Source of the DNA: Candidatus Omnitrophota bacterium | GTDB taxonomy: Bacteria; Omnitrophota; Gorgyraeia; Zapsychrales; Zapsychraceae | Length of the DNA stretch: 64,000 nt | Assembly: GCA_029261055.1 (NCBI GenBank) | Contig: JAJDCA010000080.1 | Span: forward strand, 8,952 to 72,951 | Direction: 5' to 3' | Part shown: piece after piece, positions 1 through 9,960 of the stretch | Position numbering within the stretch: position 1 is the stretch's first letter | Layout: every line of letters starts with the position of its first letter | Position numbers and translations under genes: made by a program | The notes under the pieces: generated by a model | The model's input: only the letters and a program-made list of their open reading frames with translations | Databases searched by the model: none | Told to the model about the DNA's origin: nothing

Positions 1-421
1 CGCCTGAATGATAGTCATTCTTTGAAGAGTTTAAACAGTCATAATCTTCTCTACAAAAATACGGGTTCTCAAAATAATCAATCTCAGGATATTTCGAAAT
101 AATATCACCTGTCTTACCGTCCATTAACAGTGTTACCCCAAGCTGTTCTTTTCTAGGAGAGACGCATTTTTCACTGACAAAAAATTTAACGACCCAAGCA
201 TCATCAATACAAGTTACCCAACCACTATCACAAGCTCGAACCACTTGATTTTCAACACAACTTTTTAAAATACCTTGATTAAGATTATAAAATGCCTCCA
301 CAACAGTTGTTTCTTTAGCTAAAGCTAAAGCTTCATCAGGCCCAATTGACTGTGCGCACAAATCTGAAATAAAGCTCAATATAAAAAAGATAATTAAATA
401 AAAAGTGAAATTTTTAAACAT
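1..421 (-). CDS. Partial hypothetical secreted protein. Its N-terminus is in the window and the gene runs off the 5' edge.
   Basis: My own translation of the minus strand from an ATG near 419-421 gives MFKNFTFYLIIFFILSFISDLCAQS..., a signal-peptide-like N-terminus. The frame stays open to position 1 and is not in the ORF track because it is incomplete. Confidence 0.3.
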   Translation of the reverse strand, partial: MFKNFTFYLIIFFILSFISDLCAQSIGPDEALALAKETTVVEAFYNLNQGILKSCVENQVVRACDSGWVTCIDDAWVVKFFVSEKCVSPRKEQLGVTLLMDGKTGDIISKYPEIDYFENPYFCREDYDCLNSSKNDYHSG

Positions 422-453
422 TAATATGTGTTGAAATCAATAGCTTCCGTCCA

Positions 454-1341
454 TTATTTATTCTTGCTTTCCAAAATTTTATTAATTTTTTTCTTGAAAC
501 TAGGAACATCCCTGGCATTAGTTTTTCTGCCATTAATATAAAACGTTGGTGTGCCCCTTACATCAACTTGAGATCCTAATGACATATCTTTTTTAATATA
601 GTCTTCCCATTGTGCATCCTTTTTTTTATAATCCTTCAGAAATTTTTCGACATCAAGACCAATATCCTTGGCAATTTCTTCATATTTTGCCTCGCTTAAA
701 TTTTTTCCATTAGCTAATAAAGCATTGGCCATCTCTGCATATTTTCCCTGTTCTCCAGCAGCAAAAGCTGCTTTTGCAGCAGATTTTGCATTGGGATGGA
801 ATGATAATGGAAAATTTTTTATGATATAATTCACTTTATTAGGATAAGCTTTTGCTGCCTCCACCATAGGGGAGTGAAACCGCGCACAAAATGGGCATTG
901 GAAATCAACAAATTCTACTATGGTTACGGGGGCATCCTTTTTACCCATTACAGGTGAATGGGCTACATCAATAGTATATACTTTAGAAAAATCCTCTTGT
1001 GGGGGAATTTGCCCAGGACTCCCTTTAGCTTGAGGACCCTTTAAAACCTGTTGGTACCCTTTCCATTGATTTTCTAGAGCAGACAATCTTCGTTCAAGAT
1101 CTTGCTGTTTGCCCAAGATCTCTGATAAGTCACCATTTCCTGCACTTGATCCTGTTAATTTGCTTTCAATCCTCTTTTGAGTTGAAAGCATCTCTGTTTG
1201 TTTCGTTAATAAATCCCTTAGCAAAGAGTCTTTTGCTTGTTTTGATACAATACCACCTAATAGTATGCCGATAATGATTATGAGAACAATTGTAAAAATT
1301 TTGTTATTCATAATAATTCCTCCTCTAAATTTAGGACTCAA
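454..1341 (-). CDS. DsbA-like periplasmic thiol:disulfide oxidoreductase with N-terminal membrane anchor and coiled-coil region
   Basis: The thioredoxin-fold active-site motif FVDFQCPFCARF is present. An N-terminal hydrophobic helix is followed by a Q/L-rich coiled coil. The real start is probably the internal MNNKIF, about 30 nt downstream of the listed start. Confidence 0.75.
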   Translation of the reverse strand: MSPKFRGGIIMNNKIFTIVLIIIIGILLGGIVSKQAKDSLLRDLLTKQTEMLSTQKRIESKLTGSSAGNGDLSEILGKQQDLERRLSALENQWKGYQQVLKGPQAKGSPGQIPPQEDFSKVYTIDVAHSPVMGKKDAPVTIVEFVDFQCPFCARFHSPMVEAAKAYPNKVNYIIKNFPLSFHPNAKSAAKAAFAAGEQGKYAEMANALLANGKNLSEAKYEEIAKDIGLDVEKFLKDYKKKDAQWEDYIKKDMSLGSQVDVRGTPTFYINGRKTNARDVPSFKKKINKILESKNK

Positions 1342-1689
1342 TTTCCTTTAATTCCTTGAGATCCATACCTACGTCTTTGGCAATGAATTCAAATACTGGC
1401 TTGGCATCAATAAGCTTCTTCCAATTGGCTTGCCCTTTAAATAAGTAATCATGAAAAGACCAGAATTTATTCTGCCGTGCAGCACACTCAGCATAACGGG
1501 CACTTAAAACAGCATGTTTATGCATCTTTAAGGGAAAATATTTTATTTTTAGATGTATTGCGGTTTGATATTCTGCCATCAACTTTTTCAAATCCTTCGC
1601 CCCATGAGCCAAGAAGGACACTGAAAATCCACAAACTCAGTAATTTGGATAGGGGCATTTACGTCATCGTTAAATTCGATCTCAACCAT
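1331..1689 (-). pseudogene. Second DsbA-like paralog, apparently frameshifted. An N-terminal fragment with FVDFQCP and a C-terminal thioredoxin-fold fragment lie in different frames.
   Basis: ORF 1588..1773 contains ITEFVDFQCPSW, matching the active-site region of the neighbouring DsbA. ORF 1331..1621 matches the C-terminal half of DsbA (KYFPL, HP..., FI/AKDVG-D). The two are joined by a 1-nt frame change right after CP, and the second Cys of the CxxC is lost. Confidence 0.4.
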
Positions 1690-2849
1690 AGAGTTTAAAG
1701 CCTGATAAATTTTGAATAGTTGTTTTTTGCTCCATTTCAAGCAACACATTAGGGTCAATATATCTATTTTCAATCAACTTTTTAATATTTTGCTGAAAAG
1801 TATGCATCCGTTCAGCCTTGCCGGTTTGCATATAACCTCGAATCTCTTGTATTCTATTTCTTCTAATAAGATTACGAACAGCCAAAGTTCCGATTAGCAC
1901 TTCTGTGGCAACAATCAGCCCTTGTCCATCAGCACGTGTTAATAATCTTTGAGAACATATCGTTTTGAGTGATTGTGCTAATTGAATACGAATTTGCGAT
2001 TGCCGTCCTGTATCAAAAGCATCTAATACTCGTGTGATAGACTGAACAGCCTCACCCGTATGCATTGTTCCAAGAACAAGGTGGCCTGTTTCAGCAGCTC
2101 GAATGGCTAACGAAATACTTTCTAAATCACGAAGCTCACCTACAACAATAATGTCGGGATTTTCACGGAAGGCGCTGCGTAAACCATCACTAAACGTATG
2201 CGTATGACAACCTACTTCACGCTGATGGATTAATGCACGCTTATTTGGAATAAGATACTCAATAGGGTCTTCAATTGTAACAATGTGCCGCTCATCCCGT
2301 TCATTAATCATATTAATTCAAAGAGGCAAGTGTCGTTGACTTACCACTTCCTGCCGGGCCTGTTACAAGGACTAACCCACGAGCAAGACGGCTTATATCC
2401 TCAAAAATGTCTGGAAGCTTTAATTCTTCAATCGTTGGAATTCTATACGGAAGCGGTCTGATAGCTAACGCTATTCCTTTATGCTGTCTAAATATATTAA
2501 CTCGAAAACGAAAGTCTCCAGGTAAATCTAGCCCAATATCAACCTCATAACCGTTTAGATATCTTTCTTTTTTTTGAGGTGTAATAAATGCTTCGATTAT
2601 TTCAGACAGTTGATTGTCGTTTAATAAATTACTTTCTATCCGTTTAAATGCATCATAAATCTTTAGTGTCGGCTGTTCTCCTACAGAAAGAAATAGATCA
2701 GAAGCATTCTTGTCAACAGCCTCTTGTATCCATGACAAAAGACCGCATTTCTGTAATTGTTCAACCATATTATTAGACTGCATAAGAGGCGGGTCTGTTT
2801 TAGTAAGAATCGGATAAGTTTTTTCTTCACTTGGATCGTAAGTTCCCAT
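1682..2849 (-). pseudogene. pilT: Type IV pilus retraction ATPase PilT/PilU family, split by a 1-nt frameshift at about position 2312
   Basis: The N-terminal ORF 2313..2849 ends at Walker A ...GPAGSGKSTTLASLN-stop. The C-terminal ORF 1682..2311 resumes at MINERDERHIVTIEDPIEY (Asp box, Walker B). An uninterrupted alignment to the intact paralog at 48055..49473 requires a single-nucleotide indel. Confidence 0.6.
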
Positions 2850-2892
2850 CTTAATATCCCCCTTTGCTCAGTTAATGAGCATATTTATCTAT

Positions 2893-3285
2893 TCAAATAT
2901 TTTGTTTTTTTCCAAAATGAAAAATAATTTTCTTTAATTTCACAATATCAAACGGCTTTGTAATCAGATCATTCATTTGTGCATCTAAACAATCTTTAAA
3001 ATCATCATCCGTGACCTCATCTGTCATCGCTATGATAGGTATTTCGCTTTGTTCTTGTTTTCTAATAATATCTGTTGCTTCTAGTCCACCCATCAAAGGC
3101 ATCCGTATGTCCATAAAACAAATGTTATATTCTTTTTCTCCAATTTTCTCTACCGCCTCCATTCCATTCTTTGCAATATCCACACTGCATCCCAAAATTT
3201 CTAAATATGTCTTTAATGAATCTTGATATTCAATGTCATCTTCAGCTACAAGAACCTTTATCCCTCTTCCAATAGTATTTGTCAT
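2893..3285 (-). CDS. Single-domain response regulator (CheY-like receiver, PilH-like)
   Basis: Receiver-domain signature: acidic pocket VLVAEDD, phospho-acceptor Asp in FMDIRMP, conserved T (AMTDE) and K (ITKPF). Confidence 0.8.
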   Translation of the reverse strand: MTNTIGRGIKVLVAEDDIEYQDSLKTYLEILGCSVDIAKNGMEAVEKIGEKEYNICFMDIRMPLMGGLEATDIIRKQEQSEIPIIAMTDEVTDDDFKDCLDAQMNDLITKPFDIVKLKKIIFHFGKKQNI

Positions 3286-3334
3286 ACTTACCTCTATTCC
3301 TAATATACGGCACGGAAATCATTGCTATTTTACG

Positions 3335-3619
3335 TTAAGAGTTTTGAATATTTTTTTTAAGAATATCTCTAATCTCTTTTAAAAGCTTGACGCTCTCTTT
3401 TTCTTCTAGAATTAATTGATTTTTAATGTCTTTCAAAAGTTCGACGGCTTCTTTTTCATAATAAATACTGCGTTTAAAAGTACCAACTGTAGACTCTTGC
3501 TTTGATTTATTAAAATTATTACGGTATTTATTGCTAGCCTCCACAATAGCATTGAAACTGAAACAAAAAATAGTGGTTACTATTACAATTAGTAAACATA
3601 TTGAGAAATTTTTATTCAT
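3335..3619 (-). CDS. Small secreted coiled-coil protein, hypothetical
   Basis: N-terminal signal peptide, then a K/E-rich helical sequence with an internal repeat (ESVKLLKEI / EAVELLKDI). Confidence 0.4.
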   Translation of the reverse strand: MNKNFSICLLIVIVTTIFCFSFNAIVEASNKYRNNFNKSKQESTVGTFKRSIYYEKEAVELLKDIKNQLILEEKESVKLLKEIRDILKKNIQNS

Positions 3620-3790
3620 ATTTATATCCTTTTATTTTTAATAAATTTTTTTATCCTCATCGAGGTTCGCCTAAAAATTTCTGTTTGCACCTTTCATAAC
3701 AAAAGTAATTGATTGTTCCAGCTAATATATTCTTTATATCTGTCTTTTCCCCATCGCGACTACAAATGGGACATGTTTCCACGCCATCTC

Positions 3791-4030
3791 CTATTCTTCT
3801 TTTACCGGACGAAAAAAATATTCTTCGTTCATAATAACCGAATTCACCATTCCTTCTCGAATAAGCCAGCCTAAACTCATGAGGACAACATCTGAAGGTT
3901 CTCCTAGATAAACTTTAATTTCACGCACACATAAAGGGTCTTTCACTTCTGAAAAAAGTGTTAATATTTCTCCTGATACAATACCAAGTTTTAAGTTCAT
4001 TCCACTGTCCATACATCCTCCTTTCTCCAT
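3791..4030 (-). CDS. Small winged-helix-like protein, member of a 3-copy paralog family in this window
   Basis: Shares GIVSGEIL.LF.EVK.PL..REI..YLG......LMSLGWLIREG with 50633..50869 and 58592..58831. Confidence 0.5.
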   Translation of the reverse strand: MEKGGCMDSGMNLKLGIVSGEILTLFSEVKDPLCVREIKVYLGEPSDVVLMSLGWLIREGMVNSVIMNEEYFFRPVKEE

Positions 4031-4485
4031 TTAATTCTTAATTTGCATCGCACAATCTCAGGGCTGTATACCGCTTTGATACTGAAATGCCCTTTTAAAC
4101 CTCTATTCAAATGAGTCGTGCTTAAAATTATTTCTGTAATTTCTTGAGATAAAATCTCATCTTGCTCATTATATAATGTTGCGTTTACATATGCTGTGGA
4201 GAGACTTTGACCTAAAGGCTTTCTTATAGGCCCACGAATATAAAGAATGTCTTCATTTTCTGTTTGCCTGACTCGTTCAAAATAAACATTCATTAAACTG
4301 CCTGCCAAGCCCTCATCTATTTCAACTTTAATGATATTCGTTGGAAGCCCCTGATTGGATGAAATAGCTGTATTAAAAGAATGGGCATGTTTATGGGTCA
4401 GACTTGTTACAGTCTGACAACCAGAAATTAAAAATATCATTATGATTAAAATTAAATAATCTATTTTAATCTTCTTCTTTCCCAC
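3997..4485 (-). CDS. Lipoprotein, hypothetical; tandem paralog of 4466..4924
   Basis: Signal peptide with a lipobox-like LISGCQ. The C-terminal region ends in the ...CKL..W..KED motif shared with the neighbouring gene. Confidence 0.45.
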   Translation of the reverse strand: MGKKKIKIDYLILIIMIFLISGCQTVTSLTHKHAHSFNTAISSNQGLPTNIIKVEIDEGLAGSLMNVYFERVRQTENEDILYIRGPIRKPLGQSLSTAYVNATLYNEQDEILSQEITEIILSTTHLNRGLKGHFSIKAVYSPEIVRCKLRIKWRKEDVWTVE

Positions 4486-4924
4486 TCCAATTGGCTTCTA
4501 ATTTACATAACTTTATTTGAGAATTATATTTTGTTTTAATTGTAAAATAGCCTTTACTCCTTCTATAACGTCGCATTATATTAGGCGTTACAGATTTTCT
4601 TTCGACTGCAATTAAATTCCCCTCGGTATCAAAGAATTTAGCTGTTATAACAGCACCGGCAAGTATTGATTTACTCAAATTCTTTAATGATCCTTTAACA
4701 TATAAGTATTCTTTCTTCCCAGATTTCTTCATCTTTGTTTTATGTTCTAAATAAACATTTCTTATTTTAGCTTCATCATAAGTTTCAGTTTCAACATCGA
4801 TATTACCTTGAAAAGCGAAATTCTTTGTTCTAATCTCTTCTTTTGTAACCATAGAGTAAACATTTTGTATGCCAATAAAACTAAAGCTTAATAACAATAC
4901 AATCAATAATTTTTTAAATTTCAT
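4466..4924 (-). CDS. Secreted protein, hypothetical; tandem paralog of 3997..4485
   Basis: Signal peptide. Shared C-terminal architecture (YFTIKTKY...CKLEANW vs HFSIKAVY...CKLRIKW). Confidence 0.45.
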   Translation of the reverse strand: MKFKKLLIVLLLSFSFIGIQNVYSMVTKEEIRTKNFAFQGNIDVETETYDEAKIRNVYLEHKTKMKKSGKKEYLYVKGSLKNLSKSILAGAVITAKFFDTEGNLIAVERKSVTPNIMRRYRRSKGYFTIKTKYNSQIKLCKLEANWSGKEED

Positions 4925-4961
4925 AATAATTTCTCCTTTTAATTAAATTAGTTGAAGCAGT

Positions 4962-5300
4962 TTAAATTGCATCCCTATCTGTTTCACCAGTTCGTATGCT
5001 AACGACGCTTTCTACAGGATTGACAAATATTTTGCCGTCCCCCTTTCGCCCCGTATGAGCATGTTCCTTAATACATTCGACTATCGCTTCCACTTCTTCG
5101 TCATAACAAGCAATTTCAATCTTAACTTTTGGTGTAAAATCAATCATATCGGCTCTGGAATGATGAGGATACGCCTCATCTTTTTCTTTACCAAAACCTT
5201 TAATGTCATTCATGCTCATTCCTCGCACATGAATTTTGTGCAATGCATCTGTAACTTTTTGAAGCATAAACGGTTGAATGTAAGCTTTGATTTCTTTCAT
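4962..5300 (-). CDS. P-II family signal-transduction protein of the 'new group' (PII-NG) type, last gene of the czc-like operon
   Basis: Near-colinear with GlnB: KAYIQPF...GMS..DIKGFG......VDF.PKVKIEI......GDGKIFV..V...IRTGE.D..AI, but with a divergent T-loop. PII-NG genes are known to accompany heavy-metal efflux genes. Confidence 0.7.
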   Translation of the reverse strand: MKEIKAYIQPFMLQKVTDALHKIHVRGMSMNDIKGFGKEKDEAYPHHSRADMIDFTPKVKIEIACYDEEVEAIVECIKEHAHTGRKGDGKIFVNPVESVVSIRTGETDRDAI

Positions 5301-5314
5301 TGATCTCCCCTTTT

Positions 5315-8300
5315 TTAATATTCAATTTTTTCCTCTTTTACAAACCAACCATAAAATGCTGGTATTGCAAAAAGTGTTAAAAATGTTGATGAAATTAAAC
5401 CCCCTATTACAACAATGGCCAGTGGCCTTTGCACCTCTGATCCCGTACCAGACGAAAGAACAAGAGGCATTAATCCTAAACCCGTCGTCATTGCCGTCAT
5501 TAAAACTGGTCTAAGTCGATCACACGCTCCCTGAATGGATGCCTCTATGACTTCCATCCCTTGTAATCTTAGTTGACCAATATGAGAAACAAGAACTAAC
5601 CCATTACCAACGGCAATACCAAATAAGGCAATAAAACCAACGGATGAAGGAACAGATAAGTTCTCCCCTGTAATTAACAATCCGATTAAACCTCCAACCA
5701 ATGCTAATGGGATATTAAGAACAATAAGTGACGCTTTCTGCATAGAGTTAAAAGAGGAATACAGTAATAAAAAAATTAATCCGATTGTAATCGGTACAAC
5801 AACCGCCAATCTTTTATTTGCCCTTTGTTGCAGCTCATAATCACCACCCCATTCAACAATATACCCTGGAGGAAAATCAATTTTCTCTTTTAAAACCTTT
5901 TGTCCTTCTTCAACGAAACCTCCGGTATCTCGTCCTCGAACATTTGCCTGAACAACAATTAAACGCTGATTATTTTCACGCTTGATTTGACGTGGGCCAA
6001 TGACTTCACGAATAGAAGCTACTTGTGATAAAGGCACTCTGGCTCCATCAGGTGTAGGAAGAAGTAACCGCGCAATATCCTCTTTTGTTGCCCGTTCATT
6101 TTCTCGATAACGAACAAGAATATCAAATCGTTTAACACCTTCAAATACTTGACCAGAAATTTCACCTCCAATTGCCGTGCTTATAGTTGTCTGAACTTCT
6201 TCCATCGACATTCCATAGCGTGCAATTTTATGAGGATCTGGTGTAATAACAAGTTGCGGTACTCCCGTTACTTGATCAGCCTGAACATCAGCAGCACCTT
6301 TAACTTGACTGATAACTTCGACAACCTCATCTGCCAAGAATTTTAATTTATCTAAATCGCTACCGTAAATCTTGATGGCTAAACTTGCTCTAACCCCCTC
6401 TAACATTTCATCAATGGTCATAGCAATGGGTTGAGTAAAACCTAAATTAACACCAGGAAACTTTGCCATCTTTTGACTTATTTTCACAAATAATTCTTCC
6501 TGAGTTTTAGCAGTTGTCCATTCCTTACGTGGTTTTAAGCCAACAAACATCTCCGCACTATTAACTGGATCAGCGTGAGCACCTACTTCACCACGACCAA
6601 CACGACTGACAACACGAGTTACTTCAGGAAATGTTAATAATTGCTTCTCCAACAAAAACGCTGTTTCTTTTGATGCAGTGAGTGAGATGGAAGGGGCCAT
6701 TGTAGCCCGAACTACTAACGTTCCCTCTTGAAGTTCGGGAGTAAACTCTTTTCCTAAGAATGGAAATACTAAAAACCCTACAACTGCAATACCCAAAGTA
6801 ACAAATACTGCTATTTTTCGATGCTTAACAAAAAAGTTTAAAGGGGGTTTATAAAATTTTAACAACCCATTCATTAATTCTTCGCCAAACGATATACGTC
6901 TTTTTTCATTATCGACCTTTTTAAGAATAAACGTACTTAACGCAGGAGCAAAAACCAAAGCATATATAAGTGAACTCAACATGGCTATGATGATTGTTAC
7001 CGCCAATGGTTTGAATGTTTTCCCCTCAACTCCTTGTAAAGAAAGTAATGGCAGAAAAACAATAACAACAATAAGGATAGCAAACATAATTGGTTTGCCC
7101 ATCTCCCGACAAGCTTCCATAATAATTTTTATCTTTGGCTGGTCCACAGATTCAGGTAATTTAAATCGACGGTCACAATTCTCAACCATAACAATAGAAG
7201 CATCCACCATCATCCCTATGGCTATCGCTAACCCACCTAAAGACATCAGGTTGGCTGATATTCCGTAATGTTTCATTAATATAAATGTTAAAAGAACACT
7301 AAAAGCAATCGCCCCAGCAACAATGAGTGATCCACTTAACCCGCCCATAAAGATAAATAGAATTAAAACAACTAATATGACCCCTTGAATAAGAGCGCTT
7401 GTTACGGTTTTAACACAAGCTTCAACGAGTTCTTTTTGATCATAGTAGGGAACAATTTTGATCCCTTCTGGCAAAGCATCGTTTATTGTTTCCAACTTTT
7501 TCTCAACATCTCGAATAACGGTTGAAGTATTTGTTCCAATTAATTTAACTACCATACCTGCGACAACTTCTCGTGTTCCATCTAAAGTCTGTAAACCTCG
7601 ACGAACAGCCCCGCCAATTTTTATATCCGCCAATTCTTTTAAGTAAATTCTGGTATTATCTTCGACTGTCTTAATAACAATATCTTCTAAATACTCGACG
7701 TTTGTTATTAAACCAATAGATCGAATGATATATTCTTCTTGTCCTTTTTCGATAAATTGTGCACCAATGTTCAAATTATTCTTCTTAACAGCTTCAACGA
7801 TTTCAGAAAGTGTAATGTTATAAGCTATTAACTTTTCTGGTTTAACAACAATTTGGTATTGACGTTCATCACCACCAATTCCAAGAACCTCTGTAACGCC
7901 AGTAACAGTTTGTAAATTAAATTTAACCAACCAATCCTGAATGGTACGCATCTCTTCTAATGTCCGTGTTCCTGTTTCATCTTCAAGATAATAGAAAAGA
8001 ATTAACCCTAATCCTGTTGAGATTGGACCCATTTCAGGATCGCCCATACCCTCTGGTATTTGCTCACGTGCTTCCGTAAGCCTCTCTCCAACCAACTGTC
8101 TTGCCCAGTAAATATCAGTGCCATCTTTGAAATAAACATTTACTACCGAAAGTCCAAAGTTGGATACAGATCTAATTTTCTCAACATCAGGTAATCCATT
8201 CATCGCTGTTTCCACTGGGTAGGTTACAAGTTGCTCAACTTCTTCAGGAGCTAACCCTTCGGTTACCGTAAAGACTTGAACAAGTGAAGGTGTAACATCG

Positions 8301-8419
8301 GGAAAAGCATCTATTGGTAATCGATCATAAGACCATTTACCCAAAACACATATCGCTATGAAAGCGATAATAATTAAAAGACGGTTTTTTAATGAAAAAT
8401 CTATAAGCTTATCTGTCAT
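5315..8419 (-). CDS. czcA: Heavy-metal efflux RND permease (CzcA/CusA family), system 1
   Basis: 1034 aa with 12-TM RND topology. Has the HME-RND N-terminus MTDKLIDFSLKNRLLIIIA, and the conserved segments and C-terminus typical of CzcA/CusA. Confidence 0.93.
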   Translation of the reverse strand: MTDKLIDFSLKNRLLIIIAFIAICVLGKWSYDRLPIDAFPDVTPSLVQVFTVTEGLAPEEVEQLVTYPVETAMNGLPDVEKIRSVSNFGLSVVNVYFKDGTDIYWARQLVGERLTEAREQIPEGMGDPEMGPISTGLGLILFYYLEDETGTRTLEEMRTIQDWLVKFNLQTVTGVTEVLGIGGDERQYQIVVKPEKLIAYNITLSEIVEAVKKNNLNIGAQFIEKGQEEYIIRSIGLITNVEYLEDIVIKTVEDNTRIYLKELADIKIGGAVRRGLQTLDGTREVVAGMVVKLIGTNTSTVIRDVEKKLETINDALPEGIKIVPYYDQKELVEACVKTVTSALIQGVILVVLILFIFMGGLSGSLIVAGAIAFSVLLTFILMKHYGISANLMSLGGLAIAIGMMVDASIVMVENCDRRFKLPESVDQPKIKIIMEACREMGKPIMFAILIVVIVFLPLLSLQGVEGKTFKPLAVTIIIAMLSSLIYALVFAPALSTFILKKVDNEKRRISFGEELMNGLLKFYKPPLNFFVKHRKIAVFVTLGIAVVGFLVFPFLGKEFTPELQEGTLVVRATMAPSISLTASKETAFLLEKQLLTFPEVTRVVSRVGRGEVGAHADPVNSAEMFVGLKPRKEWTTAKTQEELFVKISQKMAKFPGVNLGFTQPIAMTIDEMLEGVRASLAIKIYGSDLDKLKFLADEVVEVISQVKGAADVQADQVTGVPQLVITPDPHKIARYGMSMEEVQTTISTAIGGEISGQVFEGVKRFDILVRYRENERATKEDIARLLLPTPDGARVPLSQVASIREVIGPRQIKRENNQRLIVVQANVRGRDTGGFVEEGQKVLKEKIDFPPGYIVEWGGDYELQQRANKRLAVVVPITIGLIFLLLYSSFNSMQKASLIVLNIPLALVGGLIGLLITGENLSVPSSVGFIALFGIAVGNGLVLVSHIGQLRLQGMEVIEASIQGACDRLRPVLMTAMTTGLGLMPLVLSSGTGSEVQRPLAIVVIGGLISSTFLTLFAIPAFYGWFVKEEKIEY

Positions 8420-8438
8420 TATTTATCTCCATATATGA

Positions 8439-9602
8439 TTAATGATTATGTCCATCCCCAAAGGCTTCTTTGGCCTGTTCGCTCTTAAGATAAAAACTTC
8501 CTTGAGTAACAACAATTTCGCCTTCATTTAGACCCTTTGTGACTTCAACATAATCATTTACATTACGACCTAGAACTACTTCTCTTAATTTTAGGTTATT
8601 TCCTTCTTCCGCTACAAAAACGACATTTTCCTCATTTAACTGTTGAACGGCTGATGAGGGAACTGCTACAACTTTCTTACCGGATGCATAGATTAATTCG
8701 CCTGAGACGAACATGCCTAATCTCAAAAGATGATCTGGATTATCAACATCAACCCGAACTTTAATAGCTTGTGTATGTTCATCAACCTGTGGGGAAATAT
8801 AAACGACCTTTCCTTTAAAATTTTTACTAGGATATGCTGCCGTTGTTAAAGTAACTTTCTGCCCTACTTTTACAAGACGAAGATCTCTCTCGTAGATATC
8901 AATCGTTGCTCTTAAAGTATCTACATCAATAATGCTTAATAATGACGTTAAGGAATCAACTCTATCTCCTGGGTTAACAAAGATTGATAATAGAACGCCA
9001 TGTATTTCAGATTTAATATTTTCAAGTGTTCCATCAGCTTTGCGAATTGTAAGAAGATTCGTGCCTTTATTTACAATAATTCCTAAGTCAGCTTTTATTG
9101 ACTTAACGGTTCCTTCACCTTCAAATGTAACGTAGGAATAATTCTCGGTATCCTTGGCTATTTTGCCGTAGACTTTAAGATGCCCACCTAGCTTTCTTTT
9201 TGAAACCTTTTCTGTCTTAAGTTGGATCATGGAACGAGATTCTTCGTCCAAACTAATGACACCTTCTTCTCCATGATCATCGTGCCCTTCATCTGAGTCA
9301 GACTTCTCCTTATGATCGTCGTGACCCTCATGAGAATCAGATTTTTCTTCATGATCATCATGTCCTTTATGCAAATCAGCTTCTTCTTCATCATGATCCT
9401 CTTCACCATGATCATGACCACCATGAGACTCTTTTTTACGTTCAGATTTACGCTCTTTATGACTATCATGGTCATGCCCTGATTCAGCATAAATCAGCTT
9501 AGGCACAACTTGTGCACCTACAAAAGAAACAATAAGAAAACCTAATATTAGATACATTTTTTTTGAATTCATTCTATGATCCCCTCCTTGACAGAGTTTC
9601 AA
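8439..9602 (-). CDS. czcB: RND periplasmic adaptor (CzcB/CusB family) with a His/Asp/Glu-rich N-terminal extension of about 110 aa
   Basis: Membrane-fusion-protein core from VISLDEESRSMIQLKTEKV to the C-terminus. It is preceded by GHDHDSHKE...GHDDHEEKSDSHEGHDDHKEKSDSDEGHDDHGEEG repeats. The true start is likely at MNSKKMYLILG. Confidence 0.88.
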   Translation of the reverse strand: MKLCQGGDHRMNSKKMYLILGFLIVSFVGAQVVPKLIYAESGHDHDSHKERKSERKKESHGGHDHGEEDHDEEEADLHKGHDDHEEKSDSHEGHDDHKEKSDSDEGHDDHGEEGVISLDEESRSMIQLKTEKVSKRKLGGHLKVYGKIAKDTENYSYVTFEGEGTVKSIKADLGIIVNKGTNLLTIRKADGTLENIKSEIHGVLLSIFVNPGDRVDSLTSLLSIIDVDTLRATIDIYERDLRLVKVGQKVTLTTAAYPSKNFKGKVVYISPQVDEHTQAIKVRVDVDNPDHLLRLGMFVSGELIYASGKKVVAVPSSAVQQLNEENVVFVAEEGNNLKLREVVLGRNVNDYVEVTKGLNEGEIVVTQGSFYLKSEQAKEAFGDGHNH

Positions 9603-9642
9603 TTATTTTTTGACAGTATATATTTTATATTCATAACCTGAT

Positions 9643-9960
9643 TTAATCGTGGTCATGCCCTTTATCATCTTCATCATGCCCATCTTCTTTGTGGCCATGA
9701 TCGTCTTCACCATCCTCATGCTCGCCGTGGTCTTTATCATGATCATGTTCTTCATGCTCATCTTCAGACCCTTTGTTATGGTCGTGCCCATCATGGGAAT
9801 CTTCCTCATGTTCTTGTTCTTCTTCCTCATGAGCATGTCCCTTATGACCCTCCTCATCTTCTTGGTAATATTCACCATTTGTAGCTGCTGACACTCCTTG
9901 AACACTTGTGACTGACCACATAAAAAAACTTAATAGTATTGAAAAAATGATAGTTCTCAT
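9643..9960 (-). CDS. Secreted His/Asp/Glu-rich low-complexity periplasmic protein (putative metal-buffering protein) between czcC and czcB
   Basis: Signal peptide, then about 75 aa composed almost entirely of H, D, E, G and K in repeats (GHDHD, HEEHDHDKDHGEHEDGEDDHGHKEDGHDEDDKGHDHD). Confidence 0.55.
   Translation of the reverse strand: MRTIIFSILLSFFMWSVTSVQGVSAATNGEYYQEDEEGHKGHAHEEEEQEHEEDSHDGHDHNKGSEDEHEEHDHDKDHGEHEDGEDDHGHKEDGHDEDDKGHDHD

Noticed and set aside
6149-7646. Plus-strand ORFs (6149..6346, 6981..7268, 7458..7646) inside the czcA gene
   Set aside because: They are antisense to a 1034-aa RND permease with full-length family conservation. Their amino-acid composition is odd and they have no motifs. 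They are shadow ORFs.
9603-9905. ORFs 9603..9905 (-) and 9649..9891 (+), Met/Ile/Lys-rich 'proteins' overlapping the His-rich gene
   Set aside because: They are alternative-frame readings of the GA/CAT-rich repeat DNA that encodes the His/Asp/Glu protein. The M/I/K/F-only composition is not protein-like.
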